Assembly (NCBI GenBank): GCA_965116195.1
Contig: OZ220491.1
Coordinates: 336,042-400,041, forward strand
Direction of reading: 5' to 3'
DNA length: 64,000 nt
From: Acidimicrobiales bacterium
GTDB taxonomy: Bacteria > Actinomycetota > Acidimicrobiia > Acidimicrobiales > Aldehydirespiratoraceae
Of the stretch, positions 55,078 to 63,142 are shown piece by piece. The position numbers and the translations under genes are program-made. Under the pieces are notes generated by a model. It saw nothing but the letters and a program-made list of their open reading frames with translations, ran no database searches and was not told the origin of the DNA. The stretch's first letter is position 1. Each line of letters begins with the position of its first letter.

Positions 55078-56589
55078 ATGCAAGATTTCAGAACTGCATC
55101 GCAGGCGGCTCTCGCCCGCGCCGCTGCACCGGTTGATGTTGTGAGTTTGTCGGCACGGGCTTCGGCAATTCGCGGAGATGACTATCAGCATACAATTGGC
55201 TGGTATTGGGCGTGCAAGATGCTTTGTAACCCCGACATAGTGTCAGTCTCAATTGAGGATGCCTCGGGAGGAGCATTCGATGATGTCGTTATTCGTCGTC
55301 TGACGGGGCCGGACACGTACATCCAGGTCAAGAGTTCGACCTCAGGCGATAAGGTTGGTGATATCAACTGGCTAACGACACCGGCTACTGCACGCGGGAG
55401 AAGTCCGTTGCAGCACTTTTTCGCTACCTTCCTACAACTTTCGGAAGGCAACATTGAGTTCAGACTCGAAATGTGGACCAACCGCAGATACGACGATCGC
55501 AGCGGACTGTTTGGCAAGTTCTTCGACAACAAGAGCGAGAAGGTCCGAACTGATGCGCTGCTTTCGAAGTCAAACGGGTCGAAGGCTGGCAAGGAGAGGA
55601 AAGCGCTGGCTATGCACTTGGGTGTCGAGGTAGCACAACTGGCTGCGTTCCTCGACAAGGTTTGTTGGAAAACGACCGGAGGGGAAGATGCGTGGCGACA
55701 GCACGCGCGTCCGCTGATGGAACTCGCTGGTCTTCGTTCGGATGAGCAGGCAATTAACTCTGGAGTTTCGTTGGTGCGTTCGTGGGTCACTGACGGAAAA
55801 GGTCCCCAGTCGACCGATGATGTGCGCGCCGCAGTAGCTGAACGGGATCTGCTTGCGGTGAGCGGAACGCTGGTCTTGGTGGTGAATGGCATTGATCGCG
55901 AGCCAACACCGATGGTGCCGACGGTCGTGCTTGACTTTGTTGATCTCTACGAAGGTGAAGGTTCCTTCACGAGAAAACTGTTCCTTGACAGGAGCGAGTG
56001 GGACACAACCGTGAGGCCGGCCCTTGACGACGCTGTTCGGGCGTTGAAGGGCTACGGGGTGCGCCATGTCCATGTAGGCGGGTCAATGCGACACCCTATG
56101 TGGTTCATGGTGGGGCGGTCGCTTCCGGAGGTGAAGAAGTGGACTCTGTCGGTTGAGCAGGTTGGGACTACGTGGCGTACCGACGAGGAGTTGCAGGTGG
56201 TTCGTGCCAGGACCCTGACTGACGTGGAGTTGGGCGCGGCCCCCGGAGTCGCGGTCGGTCTTGGCCTGACCAGTGACCCGAGCGAAAATGTTGAGCGTTT
56301 CCTTCGAATGGGGGATCTTGACGTGGGTCGGTTGCTGGTGTACGGGCCAGGTGGCGAGCCTTCACGAGTTTCTGTTCCGTCGGGAGCGTGGGCGATGACG
56401 TGGGCGCGGTCAGTGAGAGATCAGGTTCGCGCAATCGTGCCAGATGCGCAACATGTGCATGTGTTCATGCAGTGCCCCGCTGGGGTTGCGTTAATGCTGG
56501 GCCATCAGTGGAACCTGATGCCTGATACAACCATGTATGAGTTTGTGGGAAACAACTACCATCCAACGGTGACAGTACCAGGCGTGTGA
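55078..56589 (+). CDS. cap4: CBASS effector Cap4: PD-(D/E)xK nuclease (DUF4297-type) + SAVED sensor domain
   Basis: ATG behind GGAGG. The N-terminus reads GDDYQHTIGWYWACKML...SIEDASGGAFDDVVI...YIQVKSS (D...E/D-x-K nuclease). The C-terminal ~300 aa have SAVED-like features (HVHVGGSMRHPMWFMVGRSL; HVHVFMQCPAGVALMLGHQWN). Confidence 0.75.
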   Translation: MQDFRTASQAALARAAAPVDVVSLSARASAIRGDDYQHTIGWYWACKMLCNPDIVSVSIEDASGGAFDDVVIRRLTGPDTYIQVKSSTSGDKVGDINWLTTPATARGRSPLQHFFATFLQLSEGNIEFRLEMWTNRRYDDRSGLFGKFFDNKSEKVRTDALLSKSNGSKAGKERKALAMHLGVEVAQLAAFLDKVCWKTTGGEDAWRQHARPLMELAGLRSDEQAINSGVSLVRSWVTDGKGPQSTDDVRAAVAERDLLAVSGTLVLVVNGIDREPTPMVPTVVLDFVDLYEGEGSFTRKLFLDRSEWDTTVRPALDDAVRALKGYGVRHVHVGGSMRHPMWFMVGRSLPEVKKWTLSVEQVGTTWRTDEELQVVRARTLTDVELGAAPGVAVGLGLTSDPSENVERFLRMGDLDVGRLLVYGPGGEPSRVSVPSGAWAMTWARSVRDQVRAIVPDAQHVHVFMQCPAGVALMLGHQWNLMPDTTMYEFVGNNYHPTVTVPGV

Positions 56590-56900
56590 TCTTTTGCCGC
56601 GTCACCGGCCCTTTGCGACCTCTGTGGGTAGGTTCCACCGAACCCGAGTTCGAAAAGAGGTCGCACGGATGACATGCACGCAGCGATGATGTCAAAAGCG
56701 TCGAACGGGTACTTGCGTTCTGCACCGGAGTCCCGAGTCTTCTGAGTCTCGACCTTTGCGTCACCGTCCTTGTAAGTCTCGCGCAGAGTGTTCTTGCACT
56801 CAATTGTGGAGCCTCAATCAACACCTACAACCCAAATCCCACGTTTATGCGAAGGTCCAAAGGAATATGGCGGCGAACTAGATTTCTTGGCTGAACACGG

Positions 56901-58418
56901 TTACGGCTCTTGAGGCTCGGGGTTTAGAGCGCGGATCAATTGGTAGCCTTGGGATTCTGGGTGGGGGCCTTCTGACTTCTTCCATGAGGTGATGACCCTG
57001 TGGTTGAGGTCGGATGTCAGTGAAGCGTCGAGACACTCGGGGTCGGAGTCGGCTAGGTCATCGAAGTCGTTGTCGATACCATCACTACACGAAGCCGGTG
57101 AGTGCAACGACTCTGGTAGGGGATCATCTTGGGCCCACCGGTCCGGTACGCTGTCCCACAGGCTGTCAAAGTACCTGTCAAACTGCGAAGCATGGCCCAC
57201 CGAGTCAATGAGTAGTGTGTTTTCGTCGTTCGTGTAGTTTCCGGCACTTGTCCAGTTCATTGAACCCACCACTAGACGCTTACCGTCCGATGACGCGGCT
57301 TTCATATGCATCTTGCCTCCCCAATCCTCGACCTTTACCGGCACCCCAACCCTTCTGAGTACCTCGTGCTTGCTGTATGCGTTGCGTGCAGAAGTCGCAT
57401 CTACCAATACACGCACATCAACACCACGCTGATAAGCTGCGATTATCTCGGCAGTGATCCACTTGTCAGTCAAGAAGAAGGCAGCAATATTCAATTTGTG
57501 TTTCGTCGCAGCCACAAAGGGCCGTACCGCATATCGCATAGGCTGGTTCTGCGGAGAAAACCACAACTCAACCGGAATGTTGTCCACATCAAAAGCTTGA
57601 CCTGTATCACGTTCCGGGCCTTTCATGGTATGAAGTCGTCCACTCCATATTTGATCGAACTCGCTCCGGTACGCCCTCGCGACATCCAGATCATCGATTA
57701 CCACAACAGCGTTGGCATTGTAGCCACCAGTGCCCGTGTTTGATATGTTGGAGGAGCCGGTCCATACCCAACGGTCGTCTATGATCACGAATTTGTTGTG
57801 CATAATGCGATTGGACGCAAAGTCCTCTTGCGCCGCTGAACTGACGGCAAGCCAATGATCTCCCAAATCATAGGCAGCGCATTGCAACGGACCGAGAGTT
57901 CCGTCGGGCCTTTCGCAGCCACTGCGTGACACCGGTTCGCCCTCAGTTGCCATGAGTTCAAGCTCGCTGTCAAGGTCGTCCCGGACGCACCCAAGTGTCT
58001 CAACCCACGCATCTGTGGATGAATAGATGCTGGTTCCGTCAGCTTGTCTGTCCACGACACCACACACGCTCACGCCACGGGCCTGTGCAGCAGTCAAGGC
58101 TGCCAAGATGTCCGACTGATCACGCATGCCATAGATCGCAAATCTGATGGAGTGCTTCGCGCCTGCGATCAGTTCCACTAACCGCGTGCATGGTTCAACC
58201 GTGCATCTGTCGTGAGGCTTGGAGGCCTGTACGGGATCAACCAGGTAAAGTTCTACCGCACCGGTGGCTTGCACAGGATCATCCGAGTGATCTTCTCCCG
58301 CTGTACTGCTTGTGACGGTGGGCGTGTTTGTGATTGCGGGGTTGCCATCACAAGCCATCAGAAGCAATCCCATGACGCACGCTGCAGAGCCAACGCGTGT
58401 CCTCGCCCCCATGCGCAT
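56901..58418 (-). CDS. secreted phospholipase-D-superfamily lipoprotein (two HKD motifs)
   Basis: Lipobox LLLMACDG. HKD motif 1 is HNKFVIIDDRWVWTGSSNISN and HKD motif 2 is HMKAASSDGKRLVVGSMNWTSAGN. The C-terminus has a Cys/Asp-rich CSDGIDNDFDDLADSDPEC. Confidence 0.8.
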   Translation of the reverse strand: MRMGARTRVGSAACVMGLLLMACDGNPAITNTPTVTSSTAGEDHSDDPVQATGAVELYLVDPVQASKPHDRCTVEPCTRLVELIAGAKHSIRFAIYGMRDQSDILAALTAAQARGVSVCGVVDRQADGTSIYSSTDAWVETLGCVRDDLDSELELMATEGEPVSRSGCERPDGTLGPLQCAAYDLGDHWLAVSSAAQEDFASNRIMHNKFVIIDDRWVWTGSSNISNTGTGGYNANAVVVIDDLDVARAYRSEFDQIWSGRLHTMKGPERDTGQAFDVDNIPVELWFSPQNQPMRYAVRPFVAATKHKLNIAAFFLTDKWITAEIIAAYQRGVDVRVLVDATSARNAYSKHEVLRRVGVPVKVEDWGGKMHMKAASSDGKRLVVGSMNWTSAGNYTNDENTLLIDSVGHASQFDRYFDSLWDSVPDRWAQDDPLPESLHSPASCSDGIDNDFDDLADSDPECLDASLTSDLNHRVITSWKKSEGPHPESQGYQLIRALNPEPQEP

Positions 58419-58725
58419 AGTAGTTCAGACCTCAGACCTTGCCCATACTTGCCCTCTTATCCTAACACGATGGACCGACACGCTTGGTTCATTGCATTGG
58501 AGGTGTGTCCCCTCCGGCGGACGTGACGGGTCTCGCTTCTTGGTGTTGGCCATGCTCTTGGCGTGTTGGTGCTGGTCCTGCTCTGGTCGGCGGCGTGGCG
58601 TGGTCCTGAAGGAACCATTTGCATGGTGAGTGAAGACCAGTTGCATGGTGAGTCAGGGGCCGCTAGTCTTGCGGACAGTGAAACTACCGGTTTCACCTAG
58701 CGAAACTTCAACTTGGAGGGTAGAA

Positions 58726-60201
58726 GTGACCAAAATCCGATTCAGATATCTGTTCCTGCTGTTGGCGGCGTTCGCGTTGATCGCCGCTGGCTGTGGGTCC
58801 GACGATGACGACGACACCGCAGAACCGGCAGCAGCCACGGAGTCGACCGACGACATGGGTGGTGATGACACCGGTGGCAGCGATGCCAGCGGTGACGACA
58901 CCGGCGACGACATGGGTGCTGATGACACTGGTGGCAGTGACACCGGCGGCGACGACATGGCTGGCGAGACCGGCGGCACCAGCGACGACATGGGCGCGAT
59001 GCAGTTCGAGGGCGAGGACATCGTCGTCAGCTACATGCAGTCCGGTACCTACGATGCCGCGGCGAACGATCTTGCCGACTCGTTCACCGATGCAACAGGT
59101 GCTGAGGTTGACATTGTTGCCCAGCCCTTTGAACTGTTGACGCAGTCATATGTGACCGATCTGGCCACGGGCACGGGCCAGTTCGACTTCATCTCTGCGT
59201 CGTCGTGGATTGCAGATCAGTTCCCGCAGTTGCTTCCCCTGGAGGGACTGTACGACCCGGACGACTTCCCGGGGTTCATTCCGGAGTTGCTCCAGCCTGG
59301 CCGTGCGGCCTATGACGGTGACAACCTGGTCGGGATTCCCTATGCGGTTGACGCGTACGGCGTGTTCTACCGCACGGACCTGTTCGAGGCTGCCGGGGTG
59401 AGTGCGGACTGGACGACTTGGGACGAGTTCTATGAGACTCTTGACGTGCTGGCACCCACTCTGGATGATGATGTGAGTCCGTTGGTGTTTGCCTACGGCG
59501 CATCTGAACAGATACCGGCGATCTGGGTGGCGGCCTATGACGGCTATTTCATTGACGAGAACGACCGCTTCGCTGTTGACCCGGGGCCTGCGGCTGATGC
59601 GCTTGAGTACGTGCTGCGTGGTCTGGAATACTCACCTGACGGTGCCACGGCGCTGAGCATTGACGAAGCAAATGCCATCTTCAATGAAGGCAAGGCTGCG
59701 GTGCTGATCGGCTGGCCCAGTTTCAACCGGCCTGCCGCCAACAACTCTGAGGTGACTGGCGGAAACTGGGCATTGGGTTCACTGCCCGGCCCGGGGTTCC
59801 CGTGGCTGAGCCTGTGGCAGGGCTCCATCGCCAAGACATCGGACGTTCCGGAAGCCACATATGAATGGATCAAGGCCTATATCAACCCCGAACGGTCAAC
59901 GGAGAACATGGCCGAGTACGGCATGGGCTCCCCATTCCTGAGCACCTACTCTGACCCCGAACTGTTGGAGGCGAACGCTCATGACTACCCGATCCAGGCC
60001 GAGAACCTGGCCAAGGCGCTGAACGTGTCGTGGAACTTCCCGGCCTTTGAGGTTGCCTTCCGTGCGCTGGGTGAAATGGTTGTCGGTAATCTCACGCCCG
60101 AAGAGACAGTGCAGGCTTGGCACGATGGCTGGGCCGCCATTGATCCGCCACCGGCCACCTTGGCTGAGGCAGAAGTGCTCGGTTTCAAACAAGGAAGCTG
60201 A
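58726..60201 (+). CDS. carbohydrate ABC transporter substrate-binding lipoprotein
   Basis: GTG 58726 behind GGAGGG. Lipobox LIAAGCG is followed by a long Asp/Gly/Thr low-complexity linker and then a family-1 solute-binding fold (IPYAVDAYGVFYRTDLFE). Confidence 0.75.
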   Translation: MTKIRFRYLFLLLAAFALIAAGCGSDDDDDTAEPAAATESTDDMGGDDTGGSDASGDDTGDDMGADDTGGSDTGGDDMAGETGGTSDDMGAMQFEGEDIVVSYMQSGTYDAAANDLADSFTDATGAEVDIVAQPFELLTQSYVTDLATGTGQFDFISASSWIADQFPQLLPLEGLYDPDDFPGFIPELLQPGRAAYDGDNLVGIPYAVDAYGVFYRTDLFEAAGVSADWTTWDEFYETLDVLAPTLDDDVSPLVFAYGASEQIPAIWVAAYDGYFIDENDRFAVDPGPAADALEYVLRGLEYSPDGATALSIDEANAIFNEGKAAVLIGWPSFNRPAANNSEVTGGNWALGSLPGPGFPWLSLWQGSIAKTSDVPEATYEWIKAYINPERSTENMAEYGMGSPFLSTYSDPELLEANAHDYPIQAENLAKALNVSWNFPAFEVAFRALGEMVVGNLTPEETVQAWHDGWAAIDPPPATLAEAEVLGFKQGS

Positions 60202-60243
60202 CTCTCGCCGTGGGGCTTCATTTCCTGACCCACGGCACAAGGC

Positions 60244-60999
60244 ATGTCTGACACAGAAGCGATCATCGTGACCGGGGCTGGTCGGGGGATCGGTGCCGCC
60301 ATTGCAGCGCATCTCTCGACTGCCACGTCATCGCACATCATTGGCTGGGATCGAACCGGGGTCAGCGGCGCAGTGTCGCTGACCCCGGTGGCCGACAACG
60401 GCTACACAATGATGGAAGTCGATGTGTCACAGCGCATGGCCGTCGAGACGGCCGTAGCTGAGATCGCGGAGTCAATGAGAATTCGCGGTCTGGTCAACAA
60501 CGCCGCAGTGTCGCTGGGCCTGTCCACCGAACAGACAACAGATGAGGTCTGGGAGCAGACCCTTGCCGTGAACCTGACGGGTGCTTTCGTCACCACGCGG
60601 GCTGTTGCTCAACACATGATTGCCCGAGGTGGCGGCAGGATCGTGAATATCTCGTCGGTGAACGCGCAGAGAGCGCAGGCGGGAACAGCCGCATATGTGG
60701 CTTCCAAGGGCGGCATCGCGGCGCTGACCAGGGCCACCGCGGTTGACCTGGCCCGCTACGGCATTCTCGTCAATTCCGTCGCACCTGGACCGATCGACTC
60801 CGAGGGGTTCCGCAACTTCTATCCGGACGAAGACGCGGTTGCCGCAGCATGCGTGGGCGTGCCCCTGGGTCGTCCGGGTAGACCCGAAGAGATCGCCGGC
60901 GTGGTGGAGTTCTTGATGTCCGACGCTGCGAGTTACATCACAGGCACAACCATCGTCGTCGATGGCGGCCTGCTTGCCTACAACCGTCTCGCCGACTGA
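60244..60999 (+). CDS. short-chain dehydrogenase/reductase
   Basis: TGAGRGIGAAIA, NNAAV, catalytic YVASKGG (YxxxK). Confidence 0.85.
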   Translation: MSDTEAIIVTGAGRGIGAAIAAHLSTATSSHIIGWDRTGVSGAVSLTPVADNGYTMMEVDVSQRMAVETAVAEIAESMRIRGLVNNAAVSLGLSTEQTTDEVWEQTLAVNLTGAFVTTRAVAQHMIARGGGRIVNISSVNAQRAQAGTAAYVASKGGIAALTRATAVDLARYGILVNSVAPGPIDSEGFRNFYPDEDAVAAACVGVPLGRPGRPEEIAGVVEFLMSDAASYITGTTIVVDGGLLAYNRLAD

Positions 61000-61150
61000 G
61001 ATTGGGTGCCGCCGAGTGAGGTGGGGTTCAGCGACTGATATTGGGAGTGCCTGTGGCGGGTGCAGCGACCGTGATCGTGGTTGCAGCGACTGATTTCGGG
61101 AGTGTCGTGGTGGGCTGTAGTGGCTGTGTTGGAAGGAAGCGACTGAGGTT
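60990..61150. repeat. degenerate repeats of the SDR 3' terminus
   Basis: CGACTGA(G/T)(A/T/G)T(T)(G/C)GG... recurs at 60993, 61032, 61087 and 61140 with irregular 39-55 bp spacing. The first copy contains the SDR stop codon. Confidence 0.7.
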
Positions 61151-61202
61151 GGTGCAGACAATGCAGACGGTGCAGGCACTGAGGCAAGGAAGAGGATGAG
61201 GG

Positions 61203-61958
61203 ATGCACTTGCAACTCGCGGATGACCTGTTCATTGTTGGTGGCGGCGTGTGGAATGGCTTTGGTCTGTCAACGGCGGCTGATTGCCATGTTTACGCCTA
61301 CCGATCCGGTGACGAGATCATGCTCGTTGACTGTGGGATGGACCACGACGGCGGGCTTGACGCCATATGGGCGAACATGCATGAGGCAGGTCTGGACCCG
61401 CAGCGCATTTCGACTGTGGCAATCACGCACTATCACATTGACCACTGTGGCGGGATTGGCCGACTGTTGTCACGTGTGGACGCTCAGGTGTTGGCAAGCG
61501 AGGAGACTCTGACTGCCATCCGTTGTGGTGACACGCAAGCCAATGCCTTTGATCACGCCCAACGTGAAGGCCTCTATCCCAGCGAATACATCTTTGCTGC
61601 CGTCCCTGATCTCGCAGTCGGGCCGTCGGCTGAGCCGGTTCCGGTCGGGCGGGGGCTGGTCGCGCCGATCGCAACACCGGGGCATTGCGCGGGCCATCTG
61701 GCGTTCACTGCCGACGGTTCGCTTGGCCGGTATCTGTTTTCCGGCGACTGCTTGTTCCACGGTGGCCGGATCTCGCTGCTCAATACTGCGGACTGCAGTC
61801 TCGGCGAATACCGCGAGACGATCGCGCGCCTCGCAGCGTTGGAGTTTGACGCACTGCTTCCCGGTCATGGGGCGGTGGCGATGTCAGGCGGTGCTGATCA
61901 CGCAGCGGCCGCGGCATCGGCTTTTGACCGGTTGATCATCCCTCCGAGCGTCACATGA
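61203..61958 (+). CDS. MBL-fold metallo-hydrolase
   Basis: HxHxDH motif ITHYHIDHCGG, with later His residues in TPGHCAGH and LPGHG. Confidence 0.8.
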   Translation: MHLQLADDLFIVGGGVWNGFGLSTAADCHVYAYRSGDEIMLVDCGMDHDGGLDAIWANMHEAGLDPQRISTVAITHYHIDHCGGIGRLLSRVDAQVLASEETLTAIRCGDTQANAFDHAQREGLYPSEYIFAAVPDLAVGPSAEPVPVGRGLVAPIATPGHCAGHLAFTADGSLGRYLFSGDCLFHGGRISLLNTADCSLGEYRETIARLAALEFDALLPGHGAVAMSGGADHAAAAASAFDRLIIPPSVT

Positions 61959-62042
61959 CCCACGCGGGCGTGGCAGTGCTCTACGCTGCCTGTGGGAGGA
62001 TCAGTCCAAGGTCACATGACCCACGCGGGTATGGCAGTGCTC
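61950..62042. repeat. 61-bp-period duplication of the MBL gene terminus
   Basis: GTCACATGACCCACGCGGG(CG/TA)TGGCAGTGCTC occurs at 61950-61981 and 62011-62042. The first copy contains the TGA stop. Confidence 0.9.
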
Positions 62043-62116
62043 GTGTCTCAAAGGCTCTGAGGTCAAGCATCTAGCATGGGCCGACAGATGTAATCAATGC
62101 GACTGAAGGGGAACCG

Positions 62117-62884
62117 TTGAAGCAGGGGCCGGACTACACGATCCAGAGCGTTGTTCGGGTGTGTGATCTTCTTGATGCCTTGCAGTCCGAGGAGGACGGA
62201 CTTGGGTTCCCCGAGTTGGTTGCCAGGGTTGGCATGCCAAAGAGTTCTGCATTTCGTTACCTTTCAACCCTGGAGGCGCGGGGCTATGCGGAACAGAACC
62301 CCGTCAGTGGTCGATTTCAGATTGGCAAGAGCCTCTTGATGTCGGGCCCTTCAAGGGTGTCGCATCTGGTCAACGCGGCCCGACCAGCAATGATGGCGGT
62401 GCGGTCGGCAACCAACGAGACCGTCAACCTGGGTGTGCTCTCCGGGCGTCAGGTGTTCTATGCACTTGTCATCGAGAGCGAACTTGAGCGGCGTGTTGCT
62501 CCCCAACCCGGCCAACTGTCACCGCTCCACAGCACCGCACTCGGCAAGGCCTTGGCGAGCAGACTTGATCTCGACAAGGCAAAGGCACTGCTCGTCCAGC
62601 CGCTCGCTGCGATCACCAAATGGACAACTGTTGACGTGGACGAGTGGGCTGCTGCTGTTGAGCAGACCCGTAGCGATGGTTATGCCGTTGATGATCGTGA
62701 GAACGAGCCTGGTGTGCGCTGCGTTGCAGTGCCGGTCCCGACGTCCTATGGCCCGGCTGCGCTGAGTATCAGCGGACCCGTTGACCGTGTCACGATGGAG
62801 CTGATCCCGGAGTTCGTCAAGCATCTGAGGGCCTGTGCCGAGGTGGTCGGCGCTGACCTGCCCGGCGGCGAAGTGCCCGGCTGA
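62117..62884 (+). CDS. IclR-family transcriptional regulator
   Basis: N-terminal wHTH (SVVRVCDLLDAL...LGFPELVARVGMPKSSAFRYLSTLEARGY) and a C-terminal effector domain (GVRCVAVPV). TTG start. Confidence 0.8.
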   Translation: MKQGPDYTIQSVVRVCDLLDALQSEEDGLGFPELVARVGMPKSSAFRYLSTLEARGYAEQNPVSGRFQIGKSLLMSGPSRVSHLVNAARPAMMAVRSATNETVNLGVLSGRQVFYALVIESELERRVAPQPGQLSPLHSTALGKALASRLDLDKAKALLVQPLAAITKWTTVDVDEWAAAVEQTRSDGYAVDDRENEPGVRCVAVPVPTSYGPAALSISGPVDRVTMELIPEFVKHLRACAEVVGADLPGGEVPG

Positions 62885-63105
62885 TTGTGTTAGCCAACTC
62901 GAAGATGGTCCCTTGGCGTTTGAAGTTGACGGGGCGAGGCCTTTGTTGCCGAAGTAGCCGGAGTGATTGACATTACCCTCCACACAAATGTCGTAGGGTG
63001 CGCTGGTGCGGACGAGGTTGGGGCAGCGCAGCAGGTTCCCTCACACACATGGCGTGGGGTGCTCCATGCCGCGGCGCGCTGTTGGTACCGAGGCAGCCGG
63101 AGTGG

Positions 63106-63135
63106 TTGACATTACCTCACACTGCCCACTAACTT
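63106..63135 (+). promoter_or_regulatory. candidate sigma-70-type promoter giving a leaderless permease mRNA
   Basis: TTGACA (63106-63111), an 18-nt spacer, then TAACTT (63130-63135). The ATG at 63143 lies 7 nt after the -10 element. The -35 box is part of a ~28-nt element that is also present at 62956-62985. Confidence 0.35.
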
Positions 63136-63142
63136 CAACAAA

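Noticed and set aside
56590-56830. Minus-strand open frame ...STIECKNTLRETYKDGDAKVETQK...KYPFDAFDIIAACM..., which could be the tail of a PD-(D/E)xK nuclease.
   Set aside because: It has no start codon (the frame opens directly after a TGA). It is only about 80 codons long and overlaps the Cap4 3' end. The evidence is a single E-x-K-like motif.
58793-59021. Repetitive GGDDTGG / GDDMG coding stretch as a separate repeat element or gene (ORFs 58793..59140 and 58653..59021).
   Set aside because: It is the low-complexity acidic linker of the substrate-binding lipoprotein. A comparable linker occurs in the Liv-type binding protein at 4440-4590. The alternative ORFs are frame shadows.
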